DNA of 51,334 nt from Verrucomicrobiota bacterium. GTDB taxonomy: Bacteria; Verrucomicrobiota; Verrucomicrobiia; Limisphaerales; SXQI01. The position numbers were made by a program, and so were the translations under genes. Numbering within the stretch: position 1 is the stretch's first letter; the number at the start of each line of letters is the position of its first letter. This document shows, one piece after another, positions 47,463-51,334 of this stretch. The notes under the pieces were generated by a model. It was not told where the DNA came from. It saw only the letters and a list, made by a program, of their open reading frames with translations, and did not search any database. Where the stretch lies: contig JANRLX010000020.1 in the NCBI GenBank assembly GCA_033762115.1, positions 1 to 51,334 of the forward strand, written 5' to 3'.

Positions 47463-50291
47463 TTAGTCTGCGAACACTCTGGCAATGACCTCTTCCTGTT
47501 CCGCTTTATGGGTTGCTGCCGAACCTGCCGCCGGACTGGCCGATTCCGCGCGGGTCACACCGCGGAAAGGGAAACGATTTGCAAGCGTTTCTCCAATCTT
47601 CACACGCATGTATCTCCATGCCCCCATGTTCTCCGGTTCTTCCTGCGCCCAGATAACCGGGGTGCCGGAGTGATAAGCGGTCAATGCAGCGCTGATCTCT
47701 TCCACACTTAATGGATAAAGCTGCTCGATTCGTAGAATGGCGATATCGTGGCGTTGCTGAATTTCGCGGGCCTTGGCCAGTTCGTAATACAACTTCCCGG
47801 AACAGAGCACAATTTTGCGGATATCCGCAGGTGCAACGTTCGACTTGTCCGGAAGAATTTTATGAAACTGACCATTCGCAAGTTCATCAAATGAACAAAC
47901 GACTTCCGGATGTCGCAACAAACTTTTCGGGGTCATCACCACCAGCGGCTTTCGCCAGGGACGGACGATTTGCCTCCGCAATAAATGAAAATATTGCGCC
48001 GGGGTGGAAGGATAAGTCACCTGGATATTGTCTTCTGCCGCAAGCATGACAAACCGTTCCAGGCGAGCACTGGAATGCTCAGGACCCTGCCCTTCAAATC
48101 CATGCGGCAGCAACAAAACCAATCCACTTAACCGACGCCATTTGTCCTCGGCGCTGGCAATAAATTGATCGACGATTACCTGGGCAACATTCCAAAAATC
48201 CCCAAACTGAGCCTCCCACAACGTCAATGTCCGTGGAGAATCAAGGCTGTAACCATACTCAAACCCAAGCACCCCCACTTCCGAAAGAGGACTGTTCAGG
48301 ATTTCCACTGTTCCTTGTTTGGGCGAGAGGTTCTGGAGTGGGATATAACGTTGCCCGTTCTCATAATCATGCAAAATAGCATGGCGATGGCTAAAGGTGC
48401 CCCTGCCCGAATCCTGGCCTGAAAGGCGGATTTTTGTTCCCTCCACCGCCAGCGAAGCAAAAGCCAGAGCCTCAGCAGCGCTCCAATCAAGCGGCTGTTC
48501 GCCCAGTGCCATTTTGACTCGCCCGGCAATTAACTTTTCAATTTTCGGATGCGGACGAAAATCAGCCGGCAGCTTTGTCTGGCTTTCCAATAAGCTGATC
48601 AGTTTCTCTTTTGGATATGCGGTCGGCACGCTGGGAGCATTGCTTTCCGGCCCCCCTACGAACCCTTTCCACGTGCCACGCTGTTCAGGTGTTGGAGGCG
48701 CATAATCCTTTGTTTTGGAAATCGACAATTCCCGCTCGAAATGTTCCTGGCGGCTTTCCATGATCCGATCAGCATCCTTGCGGGTCACGCCTTCCAATTT
48801 CAATAGATGCTCCAGATACCCTTCCCGGACAGGTTTCCGTTTTTCGACCGCTTTGTAGAGCAGCGGTTGTGTAAAGGATGGCTCGTCGGCTTCGTTATGG
48901 CCAAGTCGCCGATACCCATACATATCAATCACCACGTCTCGTTTAAAAGTTTGGCGGAAATCCAGCGCCAATCGAACCACCTGGGCGACCGCCTCAGGAT
49001 CTTCACCGTTCACGTGGAAAATCGGGACCGGCAACATCTTCGCCACATCTGTCGCATAAGCACAGGAGCGCGCTTCGTTTGGACTGGTGGTAAAACCGAT
49101 CTGATTATTGACAATAATGTGCAAGGTTCCGCCGACCGTGTAACCAGGAAGCTGGCTCAGGTTTAAGGTTTCCTGCACCACTCCCTGTCCTGCAAATGCC
49201 GCATCCCCATGAATCAGGATCGTGAGCCCTTTGGTCCGTTCAATATCACCAATACGGTCCTGTTTTGCCCGCACACGCCCCAAAGCCACGGGGTTGACGA
49301 ATTCCAGGTGGCTTGGGTTGAACGATAATGAAATATGGACGGTTTTCTTCGAGGAAGTTTTCCAGTCATTGCTGTATCCCTTGTGATATTTCACATCTCC
49401 CCCGCCCTTGGCAGCCTCGGGATCAGCATCTGCAAATTCCCTGAAAATTTCCCCTGGGCTTTTTCCCATGATGTTAGAAAGAACGTTCAAACGCCCTCGA
49501 TGGGCCATTCCAATCACCAATTCAGTGACCCCCTGGTCGCCAGCCTTTTCAATTGCCAGATCCAGCAACGGAATCAGGCTTTCAGACCCTTCCAGGGAGA
49601 AACTCTTTGCGCCAATGAACTTTTTCCTGATGAATTCTTCGAATGTCACCGCATCGGTCAGGCGCGTTAAAATCCGAAGTTGCTCCTTTCGTGTGATCTG
49701 CATTCGGTTCTCCGACCACTCCATGCGTTGGGCAAGCCACCTCCGAATCGGCAACTCCGGGATATGCATGTACTCCACCCCAATGTTGCGACAATACGTA
49801 TTCCTCAGAATATCGAGAATTCCGCGCAGCGTCAGGGGAGCTTCCCGATGCATCGTTTCACATGAAAACCGACGATCCATATCCGACTCGGTAAACCCGT
49901 AAAAGGCTGGATCCAATTCCGGTGGGACAGGGCGAGGAAGGCCCAAAGGATCAATCTGGGCAATCAGATGACCGCTGAAACGAAAAGCGCGTATCATCTG
50001 GTCAACCCGGTCTTGCTTGCTGGTGGTTTCCGCTTCATCTACCAAAGGGGCATTTGCAGCAAACTCCGGCGGCTGCATTCCCCTGGCCGGAACAGGAGGA
50101 TTAAAAATACTGTAAGCCCGCGCCGTGGGAGCAAAACTGGGATTGGCAGGTGGTTGGTCCCCATTAACCATCCGTTGAAAATACGCCTGCCATTCTGGCG
50201 ATACTGAAGAAGGATCGCGCAAAAAGTCGGAATACAGGCCTTCAACAAAGGCCAGATTCAAATTACCAGGCATTGGTAACGAGTCGTTCAT
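47463..50291 (-). CDS. sucA: 2-oxoglutarate dehydrogenase E1
   Basis: GMAHRGRLN, GDVKYH, NPSHLE, HGDAAFAGQG, WEAQFGDF, GQGPEHSSARLER. Confidence 0.97.
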   Translation of the reverse strand: MNDSLPMPGNLNLAFVEGLYSDFLRDPSSVSPEWQAYFQRMVNGDQPPANPSFAPTARAYSIFNPPVPARGMQPPEFAANAPLVDEAETTSKQDRVDQMIRAFRFSGHLIAQIDPLGLPRPVPPELDPAFYGFTESDMDRRFSCETMHREAPLTLRGILDILRNTYCRNIGVEYMHIPELPIRRWLAQRMEWSENRMQITRKEQLRILTRLTDAVTFEEFIRKKFIGAKSFSLEGSESLIPLLDLAIEKAGDQGVTELVIGMAHRGRLNVLSNIMGKSPGEIFREFADADPEAAKGGGDVKYHKGYSNDWKTSSKKTVHISLSFNPSHLEFVNPVALGRVRAKQDRIGDIERTKGLTILIHGDAAFAGQGVVQETLNLSQLPGYTVGGTLHIIVNNQIGFTTSPNEARSCAYATDVAKMLPVPIFHVNGEDPEAVAQVVRLALDFRQTFKRDVVIDMYGYRRLGHNEADEPSFTQPLLYKAVEKRKPVREGYLEHLLKLEGVTRKDADRIMESRQEHFERELSISKTKDYAPPTPEQRGTWKGFVGGPESNAPSVPTAYPKEKLISLLESQTKLPADFRPHPKIEKLIAGRVKMALGEQPLDWSAAEALAFASLAVEGTKIRLSGQDSGRGTFSHRHAILHDYENGQRYIPLQNLSPKQGTVEILNSPLSEVGVLGFEYGYSLDSPRTLTLWEAQFGDFWNVAQVIVDQFIASAEDKWRRLSGLVLLLPHGFEGQGPEHSSARLERFVMLAAEDNIQVTYPSTPAQYFHLLRRQIVRPWRKPLVVMTPKSLLRHPEVVCSFDELANGQFHKILPDKSNVAPADIRKIVLCSGKLYYELAKAREIQQRHDIAILRIEQLYPLSVEEISAALTAYHSGTPVIWAQEEPENMGAWRYMRVKIGETLANRFPFRGVTRAESASPAAGSAATHKAEQEEVIARVFAD

Positions 50292-50407
50292 ACAAAATAA
50301 TAAAGAACTCCTGGAACCGTTTCCATGAGTCCATCCGCTTCCTTGACGCCTAACAAATCGTAGCCGCCATCAATCATCTATCGGAAGAGTGCGAGTGTCG
50401 CCTTTCC

Positions 50408-50435
50408 AGCATACAAGCCTTGCCCTCAGTGTCAA
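50408..50435 (-). promoter_or_regulatory. Putative sigma70 promoter of sucA-sucB
   Basis: Minus strand TTGACA-16 nt-TATGCT, about 115 bp upstream of the sucA ATG. Confidence 0.5.
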
Positions 50436-50580
50436 AGCCAGCTGTGTAAATCCATCCTAATTGATGTCAGGCCAAAGCTTTAAATTTACAGCTTAAAACC
50501 AACAGATTCAAAAACTTACATCAAGAGATGATGCAAGTTTTGTTTACCTTTAAAAAGGTGCAATATCGTGCCTTTATTAC

Positions 50581-51333
50581 TTAGACCATTTCCACTACCC
50601 CACTGCCTTTGCTTACCTCTCCGATGATCCAGGCGGCATGTCCACTCATTTTAATTTGCTTCAGCACTGCTTCAGCTTTTGATTCCTGGACGATCGCGGT
50701 CATTCCAATTCCCATATTAAATACTTGATACAGTTCAGGTTCTGGAACCCCACCTTTCCGCAGGATCAGGTCAAAAATCGGCAACATCTCCCAAGAATTC
50801 TTTCGTATGACCGCATTTACATTCCTGGGAAGGACTCTCGGGATGTTATCAACGAAACCGCCGCCTGTGATGTGAGCCAAACCGCGAATCACCCGCTCTG
50901 TTCCTACATTGAATTTTTTCAACAAACCCTGCACCAGGGGACCGTAAGTTACATGCACCTTCAACAGTTCCGCCCCGATGCTGTTTTTTAATTCGGGCAC
51001 GCGGTCAGTCGGTTTCATTTTCAATTTCTCGAAGAAAATTTGTCGTCCCAGTGAATAGCCGTTGGTGTGCAAACCGCTCGAAGCAATTCCGATAATCGCA
51101 TCTCCTCGCCGGATTTTCTTCCCATCCAGCATGCGTGACTTTTCAACAACCCCCACAATAGTACCGCTCACATCATATTCCCCAGGCTGGTAAAATCCTG
51201 GCATCTGGGCGGTCTCTCCCCCAATCAAGGCGCAACCATTTTCCGCGCAGCCTTTGACGAACCCCTTGATGATCTGCTTAAAAACGTGTGGCTCAAGCTT
51301 GCCTGTCCCTAGGTAATCGAGAAAAAAAAGCGG
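50581..51333 (-). CDS. purM: Phosphoribosylaminoimidazole synthetase, 3' part; start outside window
   Basis: PLFFLDY...GCALIGGETAQMPG, SSGLHTNGYSL, AHITGGG, VFNMGIG. Confidence 0.96.
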   Translation of the reverse strand, partial: PLFFLDYLGTGKLEPHVFKQIIKGFVKGCAENGCALIGGETAQMPGFYQPGEYDVSGTIVGVVEKSRMLDGKKIRRGDAIIGIASSGLHTNGYSLGRQIFFEKLKMKPTDRVPELKNSIGAELLKVHVTYGPLVQGLLKKFNVGTERVIRGLAHITGGGFVDNIPRVLPRNVNAVIRKNSWEMLPIFDLILRKGGVPEPELYQVFNMGIGMTAIVQESKAEAVLKQIKMSGHAAWIIGEVSKGSGVVEMV

Positions 51334-51334
51334 C

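Overview
A 51 kb bacterial chromosomal segment. The gene content (PVC-type beta-propeller/HEAT protein, large secreted proteins ending in an F-[YF]-R motif) suggests Verrucomicrobiota; this is inference. Left to right: the 5' end of dnaK with a sigma54-type promoter; rnc; an 11-gene heme-copper oxidase cluster (cupredoxin-like protein, ctaA, ctaB, subunits I, III and IV, two small membrane proteins, subunit II, SCO, DUF420) headed by a perfect Rex/CRP-type palindrome, with a subunit I that keeps the D-channel but lacks the K-channel lysine; an outer-membrane beta-barrel; a sulfate ABC operon (cysTWA) whose binding-protein gene is an internally deleted remnant and which carries an M14 peptidase, divergent from an Rrf2 regulator; a PfkB kinase; two large secreted multidomain proteins; acs; tRNA-Leu(TAA). 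The tRNA 3' end is duplicated 5.2 kb downstream, delimiting an island with no recognisable integrase that carries a sigma54 promoter, a switchable RNA leader, a NasT-like ANTAR regulator, cynABD and cyanase cynS, with gene remnants at both ends. Then uvrA, a ligase-less LigD (Pol+PE), an isochorismatase-family hydrolase, an ion antiporter-like permease, guaA, an SDR, sucB, sucA and the 3' part of purM. All calls come from motif recognition by eye; no database searches were run.
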